Shown here one piece after another: positions 25,961 to 39,960 of a DNA stretch of 64,000 nucleotides. Source of the DNA: Camelus dromedarius. Taxonomy: Eukaryota. Position 1 is the first letter of the stretch. The number at the start of each line of letters is the position of its first letter. Where the stretch lies: NCBI RefSeq assembly GCF_036321535.1, contig NC_087437.1, positions 98,396,001 through 98,460,000 on the forward strand. Reading direction: 5' to 3'. Made by a program: the position numbers and the translations under genes. The notes under the pieces were generated by a model. The model ran no database searches and was not told where the DNA came from. It worked only from the letters and a program-made list of their open reading frames with translations.

Positions 25961-28792
25961 CTGTGTTTGGTAGAACTGGCACATTTTATTCGTAACCTAA
26001 GTCTCTTTCCACCATTTATTTCTACTTATCATCGTGCTTCTTGGTTAGTCATAGGCCTACCCTGTGATTCTCAATCTGCTACCTATCACTCACCCTTGAC
26101 CATCAAAAAGTTTAATACAATGGTTCACAAACTATGTTCTAGAAAAATGCTGATGTATCAAGATTTTCTGCTTTTCAAAATCAAATAATAGTCCCTTTTT
26201 CCCAATTTGTAAGGGAAAAAAATCAGCTAAATAAAGTTTTTCTGATTTTTTCTTTAAACCTAGTTGCTGCTACCATTTAACCATACCAAAAGCTAGTTTC
26301 ATAGGGTATTGAATTTGCCCAAAACACAGAGTCATTTTTAGTTTACGATAGCAACATTTAAGGGTGTTATGAAAAAAAAAGCTTTGCCACAAGTGTTTCA
26401 TTTCTTGAACAAATATGAAAACCTTTGATTTCATTCATTTTCCTAGATGCCTGCTCTCTTCCAGGGACCCAGATATACCAAGGGCTCAGATACACAAATC
26501 CCTGTTAATAAGTTGGCCGGTTATTATGTTGAACTCCCTGGAAGAGCTCTTAGAAAATTCACAAGAAGTGAACTGAACAGTGGGAATTTGAGACACTCCA
26601 TAGGCCAATGAGGAGGTTATTTTTTGCTGGTTCAGTCATTTTCAAATTTCTTCGATACATAATGTGAACAAGACGTTCTAATTTTAGGATAACCTTATCT
26701 GTGATCAACACTTTTTTCCAGCCCCTTTTGAGGGTAGTAGCTCAATCCTGCATCAAAGAACCAAATTCACAGGTTCTTTCTACCCAGGAATAAGCGGATG
26801 CACTTAATTAATCTTTCCAGGAAGGCAGGCTGACTCTCACTACTTCACCGCATTGTATGTTTAAAGCATGTATAATTTAATCCTGTTTGAATGATGTGTG
26901 AAAGAGAATTGATATAAAATAGCAAGAAAGCTCTGAAGTGAACTGAGCTATATAATTTGGGCATAAGCATTCTTAATATCACCTTTAAAGGAACTTGAAA
27001 TATATTTGATGGTGGGAGAAATTTTAGGATAGGTTTGAAAACTATCAAACAGCATCTGTTGCCTTCTCCATTTTGATTAAAACATGCTCACAGGGAAAAT
27101 AGTGGTTCATCCGTTAAGTCAAACACTAATGAAACATTTGCTACAATAATCTCTTTAATTTGGACAACATTTGGCAATAAAGTGCACTCATTGGATCATT
27201 TGCCTGTATTTTGATCCTTCAGAGTTAACTGAGCACGGCTAAGTCTAATATGGTAATTGGCTCTTTGTTGAAACCTGGGCATATGCATTTCTCATGCTCT
27301 ATCGTGCTCCACTCTGGTGAAGAGAGATAAGGAACATTATTGTGGTGACATTAAAGGTTTCTCATTGACATATCTAAATACCATGAGCCTGAACTGTCTC
27401 ATTTAGTCATGTCCTGCTTCCGTATTTCTTATGGATCAAAGGCACTGTGACTACAAGGCTCAGGTGAGGAATGAGGATTATTGATATTAATCAAGTCATC
27501 ACAAAAAGAGTTGGTAATTCATATTCAAATACAATGTATATGCTTTTTGAACTAGCCTCTGGTGGTAAAAATTAAAACACAAAACCTCTGGCATGCGAAA
27601 CAAAATGAATCCAGTAGCAAATACCAGTCAAAAATAGAAATAACTCATATTATCACTATATACAATTGTTCTGTAGAAATTAGAGTAATTACTTTAGAAT
27701 TCAAATTGGCTCTTGTTTCTAAATCATTGTTTTAAATGTTATGTATGAATGTGTGTTTGTGTTTGTGTGTAAACATACCCCCCCCAACATATCATGATGG
27801 ACTTTGTGTTAGTATCTACCACTTGCAGTAAATTAGGTAAGTAACTAACAGACAAAAACAAACCAAAAAAAAGCTATCCTTTCAGCTTCTTCTGGCCCTC
27901 TGCAAAACCAGAAAGGTCATTCACACATGCCCTCTTGGGAAAAACTGACCTGACTATGCCCTTCCAGAAGATATAAGTGGCTAGATCATCCTGTTGAAAG
28001 TCATAATTGGTTTTGGGTTTTTGTACTATTAAAAGAACAGCAAAGTGATGACCTTTTCAGTGGCTTATGCCATCACTGTAGCCTGAGATGGTCTTTCTTT
28101 TTTTTTTTTTTTTTGGGTTTATCAAAAAACAGTCAGCACAAACACTACTCTTATGTAAAACTTTCCTTTCTCTATAAGAGATTTCTTATACTTTGTGAGT
28201 ACTTACTTCATCCAGGCTTGAATATGGACAAATTTCCAAATGCCCCCTGCCCTGTTAGACTGAGCTCCTGGAAAGGGGGGCCTTTGTCAGTCTGAGAGCA
28301 GCTAGAGGCAATGTCAGTGGGGGCAACGTTGGAGTTGGTATAATTAAGATGACATGACACGTGGGAGGGGTGGCAGGAGTGGCGGCAGAGGAAAAGATGC
28401 CAGCAACCACAGCAGTGGCAGGGGTTGAAGAAACAGAGAAGATGTAATAGAAGCATAGCCAGAGAAGCCAGTAAAAGCAGCCTCAGGTCAGACTCGGATG
28501 CTGGAATATTATTCTCATGCCTCTTCCCACATCACGGCCACTGCCTAGAATTAAATTTTTGATAATACCATGTAATTGCGTACTTTTCGAAGATGTTCTT
28601 TCTATGTCGTAGAGGTGTTACTAAACTTTACCTCTTAACGTTGTTCATCTGGATGAATCCTTTCTCATCTCTAACACTGGATGCCAGAAACACAGCTTCC
28701 CAAGAACCTCTGTAGTTGTGGGTCAGTGACTGGAGCAGACTGGCTTCAGACAATTACAATGTCAGAGATAAACTGTATACGCCAGTTAGTTG

Positions 28793-28892
28793 TTCAGAGA
28801 CCATTTCTCTCTTCTTGGCCAAGGATTCCCAGGGATTAGCACAGTGCCTGGCACGTATTTAGACCTCAATAAATATCTGTTAAATGAGTGAC
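28793..28892 (+). mobile_element. L2 3' end
   Basis: tagcacagtgcctggcacgtatttagacctcaataaatatctgttaaatgagtga. Confidence 0.75.
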
Positions 28893-29110
28893 TAATAATA
28901 AATAATATTTATTTGGGGCTTACGTATGTCAGACATGGTGCAAAATACTCTGCAAATATTGTGTCATTTAATAGTAGTTCCTATTATTCTTATTTTATAG
29001 ATGGGTAAACTGAAACTTGAGAGATTAAATAACTCGTTCGAAATTACATAACCAGTAAGTGGTGAAATTGGGACTTGAACCGAAGAAACCTACACTCAGT
29101 ATAGTACACT
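28893..29110 (-). mobile_element. MIR SINE
   Basis: attttatagatgggtaaactgaaacttgagagattaaataactc...agtaagtggtgaaattgggacttgaacc. Confidence 0.85.
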
Positions 29111-30364
29111 GCTTCCCTGTGCTGAGAGCGTGCATGAATGAGTGATTGAATGTTCCACGTGAGAGACATAGGAGACCATCATTCTGTAGGTTAACAGTGC
29201 TCAGGAGTACAGAATTGCTTAATGCAAGTGCAGAAATATCAGGGTACAGCCCATCTTTATAAAGAGTTTGCATATGAAACAGTAACTAATTTTGCTTATT
29301 TTTTAACATGAAATTGGTTGGAATGCTCTATCAAAATTTTCCAACTTTATTTTTAAACTTAACACATCTACATGATAAAAAAGAAACTTAAGATGACAAA
29401 TACTTCAGCAAAGAATGATAAACGAAAGACCAGATGCTACATATTTTCAACTGCAAAAATATCACGGGAAGCCAGCTGTATCTTCTAAAATTTCATGATG
29501 TCATCATATGGCTTCGGGATCTATTTAGTTGGTTCATAATCTTATTAGCTTATCTCTGTTTCCAGTCATGCACTAGGCTTTAATTGCATAAGTTTGTTTA
29601 TAACGTCGTTAGAATTAGAGTTCTGGTCTCATATTTCATGGAAGAAACATCTTCCAGGATGGTGCACAAAACTTGCCACCCTGCACCATACCTGGTGACC
29701 CACTGCAAACTGATGTCACTGTCCCATTTTTCTGACGAGGTCATCGCTTCCTGGCATTGAGCTATCACACAAGTGACTCAGAGTTTTGATCTTGTTCAAC
29801 TTTTCCCAAAAGTCCAAGTCTAGGATGATGATTTCAAAGTGTGATGGAAGACAAACATTTAAGTTCAGCAAGTTTCAATGTCACTGTGAAATTTACCGTA
29901 TTTTCCAGGCATCAGTTCCATTACCAGGCTCAGGGAGATTTCAGTTATACTAGGGATGGAAATAACTTTGCATTTCCCACACTTCTACTCTAAATTTCAC
30001 TATCTCATCTCTTTGTCCCCCAGTTTTATCCATTTTCTTATTCAGTCTCAAAAGCACATTCTTTCACAGGTCAATATTTTCCTATTACAAAATTTTCGAT
30101 AAGCCAGTGTCAGATATTTTCTGAGATTCTACCCTGGGGTCAACTACTTCCAAAATTTTTGAACATGAAAACACTAGCATTACTGCCCATTAGAAGAGCC
30201 TACTCTTCATGGCCTCACCAGGGCTGGGCTATCTTCCTAGGGAATGAACGACAAATTAGGTCTATAAGACACAACCACAATATGCTGTTATTGGATACGC
30301 TGATTTGTCAGACAAAAATGAGACCATCTTTCTCTCCCTCAGCAACTTACATGAGTAAAACCTA

Positions 30365-30970
30365 ATATTTAGGATCCTTTCCTGCATGATTAAAACTCAC
30401 TTCAAACTGCTGTAAAAGGGGGAAACTTGAATTCATTAGCTCATGTAACTGGGAGGTCCAGGAGTAGGAATGGGTTCAGGTGAGTCTGGTTTAGGCAAGA
30501 GCCAAGTAATGTCCCACGGGTCTTGATTTCTTTCAGTCCTCTTGGCTGGACACAGCTCTCCAATCTCTGTGTGTTTGTTTCATTTTCATCTTTATTCACA
30601 GACACAAGATGGTAGAAACATCTCCTGAGTTTCAATTCCTCAAATTTCTTGTCTGGTAGAAAAGGACAAATCTGATTCCTCAAAAGAGTGTATAAAGTCC
30701 CTTAAATCAGTGTTACTGGCTTTGACTGGCCTGACTTGGGTCATGGGATCACTGGGACCCAATTACTGTTGCCAGGAAAATGTGAGGCTTTGATTAGCCA
30801 GTCCTGGATCACTTCCCACCTCTGGAGTCAAGGTAGTGTTTTCTCATCAGGGACCGTAAGAACTGAGACTGGAGAGGGAACAGATTCCCAAATAGATAAA
30901 CTGAAAATAATTATCAAAAGTGAATGAACAGATATTGGGTATCTGCTCAACAATATACATCCACTGTAGT
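30365..30970 (-). mobile_element. MaLR LTR (MLT1K-like)
   Basis: attagctcatgtaactgggaggtccagg...gactggcctgacttgggtcatg...ccaattactgttgccagg...gattagccagtcctggatcac. Confidence 0.7.
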
Positions 30971-32509
30971 ACCATTTCATTTATCCATTCCACTTCTTCC
31001 TCTCTTTGCTTATTTTTAATTTCTCTTTCTTTTCACAGTCCTTTCAATAAGCACATTAAACAGTTGGACCCTGGTTTTCTGGGGACTGTTTGCTTCTAAG
31101 CAATCATCTTACATCTGACCTTTCTGTATTCATTCTTGGGTCCTGCACACACCTCTTGACTTTGTTTTATGTATTATTTCATTCTGTTGTTGTTGCTTTC
31201 TTTGGTTACTATCCTGAAACATCTCATTTTGACACCTGCTCCTGTATTTGTTTCTTCACTTTACATTGCTTAGATTTGGGGATAAATGTTAGACTGTTGA
31301 GTGAATGGCCGGTAAGCATCTAAGTAATCTTCTATGCAGATAATATTTTGGGTAGCAAAGAGAAAACGCAGTACTTAGTAAGAAGTGGAGTGCATAGACG
31401 TGGAAGAATTAAGAATGAAAAGAAAAAGGTAAATTAAAATGATTGAAACATCTCATTTTAATCACTAAACTCAACCTTTTCCTCATAAAGACTTTCATCT
31501 GTACAATTAACAATAACAAATAAATTTATTGGAGTTTTGCCTCCCCTTTATGACTATGTCCACTGGAGCTGTTAATGAGCAGGAAAATGATTAAGAGGCA
31601 GGTGGCAGAGGAGCTAAGGATATGAATCAAAGAGTCTAGGTAATGCACAAGCTCAATAGTGAGTGCTAAATAATTGATACCTGAGTGTAGACAATACACA
31701 AACAGAGGACACAGACACACAGAGCAAAATACTACTGTTACTAATGGTCTCAGGTTACCAGCTACTGTACAGCAAGGATGACTTTTACATTCAACTCTTA
31801 CAATGATACGATACATGTTTTTAAGCTGGCAGATTCTAAAATGAATTCTCCTGGAGGTCCTTGAATATATCTTTTTCATTTGGTAAAATAGCCATGAGAT
31901 AACAATAGGATGGGTACTAAAGTCTGGCACATTGTTTGCTTCAACAAAACCATTGTATTTTCCTGTTGACTTATTAGTAGAATACATTTTTTAAAATGGA
32001 TAATATCTGCAAAAGGAACTAATTTCAAAAGATAAGCAAATACACAGGAAAAGCAAGCCTCTCTGTCCCTCATTTCCCCAGTTCTTTCCAAGAAAATGCA
32101 CTATTACCCGTTTCTTACGTATTCTACTACAGACAATCTAAGCATTTGCAAACACATGCACTGCTACAAACATAAATGTATTATTTTACATGCACTTATA
32201 AACACGTTCTTACACACCTTACTTTTTTACTTATTAATATATATTAAGAATTTCTAGTGATTAAATTACTAACAGAGATGTTGAAGACCAAGTTTCTGAT
32301 ATAAATTCTACCATTTGGAAAAATAGTATCAAACTGCCATGAGACTAGGCATGAAATAACTAAACCAAACACCTTGAATCATAAACATGCGAAAAGAAAC
32401 GCAAAATAAGAATCAACTGAGAAAATCATTTTACCTATTAAATAAGCAAATAATCATAACAGCAATAAAATAGTCATTATAAAGCCTATCATGCCCATAG
32501 GCAATTGGC

Positions 32510-32975
32510 AGCGCCAGAAACCTGGGGATCCTTTTTGATTTCTTTCTCTGCTTCATCCACATTTAATCTTTCACTAAGGCCTCCCTTGTCATCCTCTAAG
32601 GTATTAAATATTAAATCTCTTCAGAGGATATAGCTAACTTGTGAACAGATTCCTGACCTACAGAAATTGAAAGATAATAAATATCTCTTGTTTTAAACCA
32701 CTATGATTGGGGATAATTTGTTATATATATTTGATATATAACCATTTCACATCAAAGAGCATCTTTTTTAATCCTCATGGTACTCTTAAAATCTGTAATG
32801 ATTACTGTGATATTTGTATTGATTTTTATGATATTTACGTAAAGTTTATTCTCCCCCCTTTTTAAACTGCGTAACCAGGAGAGCAAGGTCCTTGTATGTT
32901 TGGTCCCCATAGTATCTGTAGCATTTATCATAGTTCATGAAATGTATTTGTTGAATAAAAGAATGAATAAATGCA
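32510..32975 (+). mobile_element. L2 fragment interrupted by a short MLT1 3' piece (~32630-32730)
   Basis: gccagaaacctggggatcc...atgtatttgttgaataaaagaatgaataaatg (L2); ttcctgacctacagaaattg...ttgttttaaaccact...taatttgtta (MLT1). Confidence 0.6.
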
Positions 32976-32999
32976 TTGACATTCTGGGTGTGGGACAGA

Positions 33000-33540
33000 T
33001 GGGAGAGTGTACGCTGGTATAAGCTTGTCTTCTGTAGGTAAGTTTATCACTTAACATCAAAGGTCTATAAGCAATCTAATGTTAGGAATTTATCCTGGAA
33101 TATAAAAATTGAACTAGAATACTGCTTATGGTAGCTTTGTTTCTAATAGCAAAACAGTGTAAATAACCTGTGTCTAAAAATGGAGGATTAAATTATGGTG
33201 CATCCTCTACCTCCATTAAAAAATTATGTATAGAAAAATATTTCTCAACATGGGGCATATTCACTATATGTTGCTGAGCATTATAAGCAAGTTATACATC
33301 AGAAATATGACAAAATGCTCATGTTTACTGAGTGTTCAGTGTGTGCCAGACACTGTGATACACACCTTTCATGTATGATCTCATATGGGCACATATAAGC
33401 AGAATTAGTGTGTGCGTATGTGTGTGTTTGTACTAATAGACCTCTGGAAGGATATATCACTAAAATGCCTACAGTGCTACCTCTGAAAGGAAGGGTGGGA
33501 TTCTTATTTTTGCATTTTGTTTCTTTCCCTCATTTTCCTC
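33000..33540 (+). mobile_element. Degenerate L1ME 3' fragments
   Basis: agcaatctaatgttaggaatttatcctgga...ttaaattatggtgcatcc...ctggaaggatatatcactaaaatg. Confidence 0.55.
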
Positions 33541-33824
33541 TAATGTGAGGGAAGCTAAGGCCAAAAATCACCAAAAGGACAATTACTAAATGATAAAGGT
33601 CACAGATATCAAAGTTAGAAAATGGAGCCAGATAGACAAAGAGCAGAGCAATAGATCAGGGTTTGGGCAGGGATCCAGGACATGCCTAGAATAAGGAGCG
33701 ATTGTTAATAGTACTGCTGGGATATGCTGCCACTTTCCTAGGATAATAGGGATCCTGTAAAGTCTTGGAAGACCCTGGGTTGTTGTATGTTGGCTAGGCC
33801 CTGACACGATCAGGCATTTGTGTT

Positions 33825-33996
33825 CTGTCCAAACTGAACTGTCTTAGTCAGCTGCAGTTTGGTCTGGGTGGGCAGAAGGTTTCCAGGTCAGAGGGCCTTT
33901 CAGTGAGGTGTCTGTTCTACTAAGCCCTGCTGGCTTGTGTGACCTGGTATCCACTTAGTGCCAGCTGCCCAGGATTTAGACATCATGCAGGTTGAA
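33825..33996 (+). repeat. Direct repeat A, copy 1 (pair at 36462-36632)
   Basis: Manual alignment: about 15 mismatches and no gaps over the first 122 bp; the remainder is more diverged. Confidence 0.92.
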
Positions 33997-36461
33997 ACGT
34001 CTTAAGAACATAGCCTACGTCACCTGTCCACTCTGGTTGCCTCAGCTTTTCCAGGCTGCAGTGTTTAGATGCCTTGTCATCACTTGCCTGGAGACCTGAC
34101 TCAAACTTGGCATCACTTGCCAGCGTTTTCTGTTCCATAAGCAGGGTTGATTTCAGGCAGGACCAGGTTTACAGAGATGAGGGTACTGAGGTTTCTCTTG
34201 CCAGGGTACTCTTGTAGCATTAGCTGCGGTGGTGGTGGAAGTTTAGGTAGTGTTAGGATAAGGGTCAGAGTTTTCAACTGTTGGAATGCTGAAGGCTCAG
34301 CCATGGGCAGATCACTCATTTCAGCTCCTGAGGAGGTCTTTTTTTGATTGTCTTTCTCCTCCATGATTAGTGATACTTGTGTTCTAAGAATTCTACTTCT
34401 AAACTCCTTGATATGTTATAGACATTAGCGCAGAGATGGTATGTTCACACTATGTTTAGAACATTCTTAATAGGGACTGGTAGTAGAAAGGATCTCAAAG
34501 ATATATATCAAGATGTCGACATTTATAATTTGGTTTAGTCCAGAATCCTTAGAATCAACTGTTGGGACTTACTGGGAATTACCATGCATTCAAAAGTTTG
34601 GAAAACTGCTTCTCATTTCATCCTCTCAAATTAAGGATTCAGCTTACAGACTTAGGAATTAGATGGCATCAGATGAGCCCAGCCTCCGTAGAGCTTGTTT
34701 ACGTATAGGTAAGGATCACCAAGGAGATCTTACTAAAGCTGTTCCAGATGTGCGTGTGTGTGAGAGGAAACCTCAAACTTTTCTGTTCTTTTCCAAGAGG
34801 GGCTCCATGAGGTTTATTGAGCTTTAAATATATGTCTCTGTCTATGTGACTTTGAAAATGTACCGAGTGAATGTGCATGCTGAGCAGAGATTTGCATGAT
34901 GGGCAGAAACAGCTGCACAGAATCGTCTCGCAGACCTATTTTGTGCTACCAGATTTCCCAGCTTGGAGTCCCCATGGCACTGCCTAGTCACATGGGAATA
35001 GAAGTGTTTCAGGCATTGCTGGTCCAGTGGGTCAGTATGTAGATAAAACAGCTATCTGATGCCTCTGAGTCCATCAAGGATCAGAATCGCATGTGACTCC
35101 CTCCCAGCTTGAATTCCAAGAGACACAGAACAGCCGGCTCTCCTCTCTACCTAGGGTGTGATGAGGGTATAAAATGAGCCTGGCCTGCCTCCCTCTTCAG
35201 TGGGCTGGGTGATACTGGGATTGAACACCTGCACACAAACTAGCCCATTATCACAGCTGTGCCCCTTCCAGCCTAGGCAGTGAGTGCAGTCTACAGGCAG
35301 CCTTTAGCTTTTAAACTCTGTCCTCTGGCGCCACAGTGCCTACGTACCAGGCATGAAGATTGGCTCTAACTTCAAGTAGCTTGCTTGGAGAATGGGAATG
35401 AGAGGGAAAGGGTAGGGCAGCAAGGTTCCCTGGGTCTTAAACAGACTGGGCAATGATGCTCAGACAGGGTTGCAGAGATATTTAACCAAATTGTTCATTT
35501 AGGTATTGTTTATATCAACAAAAGGCTGCTCGTTAAGCCATTCAATACAAGCCTTTCAACTCATTCAGGTGAAAATGTCATTCAGTGTAAATTGCACATA
35601 TGGAATAAGAGCAGGTCAACAGATGCCCTGGATTACTTATTTCAATCCGAGCACAAACTGGAAGCAAAGAACTATATATAAATACAAGTCTTTTTTTTAG
35701 TCAACCTAATTTTTTTTTCATAAACACAATCAGTAGCTAAAAACAGTTTATTTGTGAAGCAATTAAAAGCTAAATGTTCCACTGAAAATCAGTGTGTCAG
35801 AATTAGACCTGAAACTAAATCTCCAACTAAGACTGAGACTTCTACCTGGCTAGATTATTGACCACCATATAGCTTAAATTTGTCTTATTGATCTAAGTAA
35901 GATGAAAAGAGATGAGATTTCCTGGAAAAAGGATGGCTATTTCTTTAGTATCAATATTTTTATTTGACATCTGTCAAGTCAAACCCACATCTGTTTTTAG
36001 TCATTCCACGTTACTAAAAACTATTGTTTTATGCTCTCATTTTAGAATGCAAAACCAGCAATCTTTCTGGAAAAATTATAATAGAGCATGTTTGATCACC
36101 CTTTCCCATGACCTAGCCCTATCCATCTTTGGGAAAAAAAATTTCTTATAAAAAAGAGCTAGGTCATTATCAAGAAAAATGGTTCTTCAAAGCTCTATTG
36201 ATTGCCAAAAAAACTATTACTGTGAAAAGAGAAATCTTCAACTACTCCTAAAGTAATTGACTGGACATATGTTATGTGTGACCCAATGGCACTAAAAAGA
36301 ATTTCATTTAATCAACAAAATAGATCTTTCACATAAAAATTGGCCTCCTATAATGACATACAATAATCACCAATTTTATAGCGGACTCCAATATTAAAAA
36401 AGCCCTCTGAAAGCAATTGGCTTTTAAGTGGTCTCTTTTTTTTCATCATCAGATTCACCTG

Positions 36462-36632
36462 CTGTCCAAACTAAATTGTCTTGGTCAGCTGCAGTATGGT
36501 CTGGATGGACAGAAGGTCCCCAGGTCAGAGGGACTTTCAGAGAGGCATCTGTTCCACTAAGCCCTGCTGGTTTGTGTGACATGACAGTGCTTGGTGCTGA
36601 CTGCCCAAGCTTAAGACAGTGTGCAGCTTGAA
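36462..36632 (+). repeat. Direct repeat A, copy 2
   Basis: Aligns to 33825-33996 at offset 2637. Confidence 0.92.
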
Positions 36633-36719
36633 CAAAAAAGATGACCACATGCAACTATTCAGAAGAGTTTTATTTTTGTTTGTTTGTTTGTTTGTTTTTT
36701 TAAGTAGTTTGAGATTTAA

Positions 36720-36855
36720 GAACACTTGGCTACAATTTGAGCAGGTCACTTTTTTTTTTTTTGGCCTTGGTTTTCTTATGTAAAAAAAAAAATGAGGAAG
36801 GAATTGAATTGGATAATGTCTAATTCCCTTTTCACCTCTAAGATGCTACGATTTT
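36720..36855 (+). mobile_element. MIR3-like SINE, preceded by (TTTG)n
   Basis: ttgagcaggtcactt...ggccttggttttcttatgtaaaa...attggataatgtctaattcccttttcacctctaagatgctacgatt. Confidence 0.6.
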
Positions 36856-39349
36856 ATTAATGCACGTTAATGCCTGTTAATGTCAGTGGAGGACAATGTG
36901 TTTATGTGTGTCCGTCTGTTGAGGCATTTTCATTTTCACCCAAGGTGAGATCCCTTGTATTATGACTTTCAACCTGTTTTGTTTTATGAATAACTCTTTC
37001 CACTCAGTCTTAGCTGGTCTGGTGTTTCACTTAAAGTTATCAGAAATTGAAATTTTATGAGCAAAAATTATTTCAGTCTGCAACCACTCAAAAGTGAAGA
37101 AATGAAATTAAAACCACAAAAGCTGTCAAAATGAGAACTATAAATACATGTTGTCTGCCACCAAGCATTATAAATAAATAGCCAGTTGAAAATAATTAGA
37201 ATAATTGCTGTATTGAAAATCAGGATTATCCATTATTGTTCTCAAGCATATTTATATAAGTTTTACAAAACATGTGTTTACCTTGATTTTCTCATTATCT
37301 TGATCCTGAAATTGCTTCTGTGTTTATATGTGGCCATTAGATCAATTACTTTTAGTTGAATCTCTTTTTTTTTTCCATCTTGATGATTCAGTCATGCTCA
37401 GTTGATCACATTGGTAAACTATTCAACTGGATTCAGTGAAAAGGCCATTGAAATCATGCAATCAGCTGTTTTACAACTAGGTCTTCCGTCACAGGAACCC
37501 AGGACAAAGGTTCACTTTGCACCCATTCATTTCAATTTATCAACATTTCTCTGGCTTTCATGATGGCAGACCACGGAGCTCTCAGGAAAATTGGTTTCTT
37601 CCCAGATAGCCAAAGGGATGCAAAATTGCCTTTACTATTGAATTAAGTTCAACCTGTCTCTAACTTCACTTCTTTCTTACACACACACACTCACACACAC
37701 ACATATTATATAAAGAAATACTTGCACAACTTTCTAGAAAATTTGGGAAAATTAAAGAAAAACAAAATTTATTGTAATCCTATTACTCAAAAACCATAAA
37801 CATTTTCATTTGATTTTATCCTAGTCTTGTTTCAAAGACAAGCACAAACACACACACATAGAAACACAAAAAGGGTCTTATCTCTGATCTATCTATTTCT
37901 GTCACATTTGTCTACTTTCATTTATGGATATGTATATGGACATATATATGGATTGCACTGTATATGCAGCTTATCATTTTCCCCTTTTTATTCCTTCTCA
38001 AAAATTCTGACATTATATAATGGGCCTGTCCCTATATTGATTAAATAGTATTCAGAAACATGATTTTATAGCTTGTGTAATGTGTTATCAAAATAGTGAC
38101 CATGTTTTATTTACATGTTTATTTATTATTGAACTTATATTCATTCAGAATTTATTTCACTTTTGAGGACTGTTCCAGATTTGCATTTCTGACAAGTCTG
38201 CTCCCCTAACCAACTACTTCCGTCCTGATCTTCATATTTATGATGTTTCGTGGCTCTCTGGTCTCCCACCACAGTCACCTGGTCACGGCTGCAGTCAGAG
38301 GCTTCCCCCTGTCATTTTATTTTGATGACACCACATATCAGTAAGAAAACTTCACTTCTAAACAAACAGTTCTTTTCTCTTCAGTGTTCAACTTACTGTC
38401 TTCAAGATATAAATGAGAAGAAACCTGACTGACCCAGAAAAGGGAAAAAGAATTAGCAGTTTCCTGCGACTGCTACTTGGTTTACAGAAGGATCTACACC
38501 AACTCAAGACTCTGGTTATCTCTGAAGAGAGAGGGAGGGAAGGGAATCGAATGAGGAGTGTTACAAAGGAACTTCAACAACATCTCAAACATTCTATTTC
38601 TTGAAAAGGAAGCAATATTGGAAGCACATTCATCAAAATACTACTATTTGTTATATCTGGGTTCTGGGTAGAAGAATATTTGTTATATTAACTTCTGTAC
38701 GTTCCAGATGTTCCATAATTTAAAAACTCCTTAAAACATTTTTTAAAGTTCTGCCCTAAAATGTCATCCAAAGGAGACTGAAATGTTTGCTTTGGGTTAG
38801 GGGCGAGTTGGGAAGTGAGGACGGAGGAGACTTGGCAAATGGATGGTGGGGGCGGTGGGGTAAGCCTGATTTATGGTCACAGGAAATTGCCCTTCAAGGA
38901 GGGGGCAACTTCCCAGGAGGACTGAGTGGGTGGATAGCCACAGGATGCTGGGAGCGCACTGAGTGTCCAGCCTCTGGCCGTGCAGAGTTCCCTTGAAGGA
39001 GAACTTCCTGTTGCCTGCCTCAGGCCATATGACAAGTGTTCTTCTTCTCAGGACTGGAGGGACTTATGCTCTGATACCTTACTTGTCACAAGCCAGGTGT
39101 GAATTACACAGACTTTACATGGCCCTGTATGATTATGCCAGATGGACATCTCCCACAGTGGCCTAGGATGGCCGGAAATAGAAGGGCCCTGTCATGGAAT
39201 GCAAATATGGTTGGAAAGTACATACATCTGCCCCACCCCCCACTTTTCCCCATTCCTCCCCCAACTCCTCTCTCACCCTAACACACTATCCTTAAATCTG
39301 TTACTTCTGAGACACATGTCTTCCAAAGTTAGCAAAGAATCAAATACAA

Positions 39350-39960
39350 AAGCTATTTGTTGGCAAAAAAATCATTTATCCTATGCACAGTATTGGCAAT
39401 GTGGTGAAATGGGCATTTTTCTCACTGCTAGTGGGATAGCAAATTGGGGCAATTTTCCAGTAAGTGTCATGAGCCTTAAGAGCAGTACACTTTCTGAGTT
39501 GGTGATCCCTTATCCTAAAGAAAAAATAAAAATGTAAGCAAGTTGTTCACAGCAGTGCTAATTCATAATACAAACTGTTAGAAACTGCTTAAATGTCCAA
39601 CAATAGTGAAATGGACAAATTAGTGTCATTAGATTTATACAGTGGAGACTTCTACAACCATTAAAAATAGTAGAATAAAAATCACTTATTAGAAATGATT
39701 TAAAAGCATAGTAAATAGGCATATTTATTTGCAAGAGAAAAATATTCACAATATATTTTAAGGAAAAGAACAGGATACAATATAGTATATACATATTAGC
39801 TCCAATTTTATAAAATTCATCTACATATTTATATATACAAATGACAGAGGAAATATTTCAAAATGTTATTACCTAATGATTTTAACTAATTCTTTATTCA
39901 TTTCTATTTGCAAATGTCCTACAATAAGCACATTTTAATTTCTATAATGAAAAGTAAACT
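39350..39960 (+). mobile_element. L1ME 3' fragment
   Basis: cagtattggcaatgtggtgaaatgggcatt...cactgctagtggga...ttaaatgtccaacaatag. Confidence 0.7.

Noticed and set aside
28230..28770. Purine-rich GC patch as a pseudogene
   Set aside because: No coherent frame; more likely old LTR fragments, but I could not assign a family.
31526..31987. 153-aa minus-strand ORF
   Set aside because: No recognisable protein motif; AT-rich intergenic context.
36424..36654. ORFs over repeat A copy 2 as a duplicated coding exon
   Set aside because: Copy 1 has stops and a frameshift in the equivalent minus frame, and substitutions show no third-position bias.
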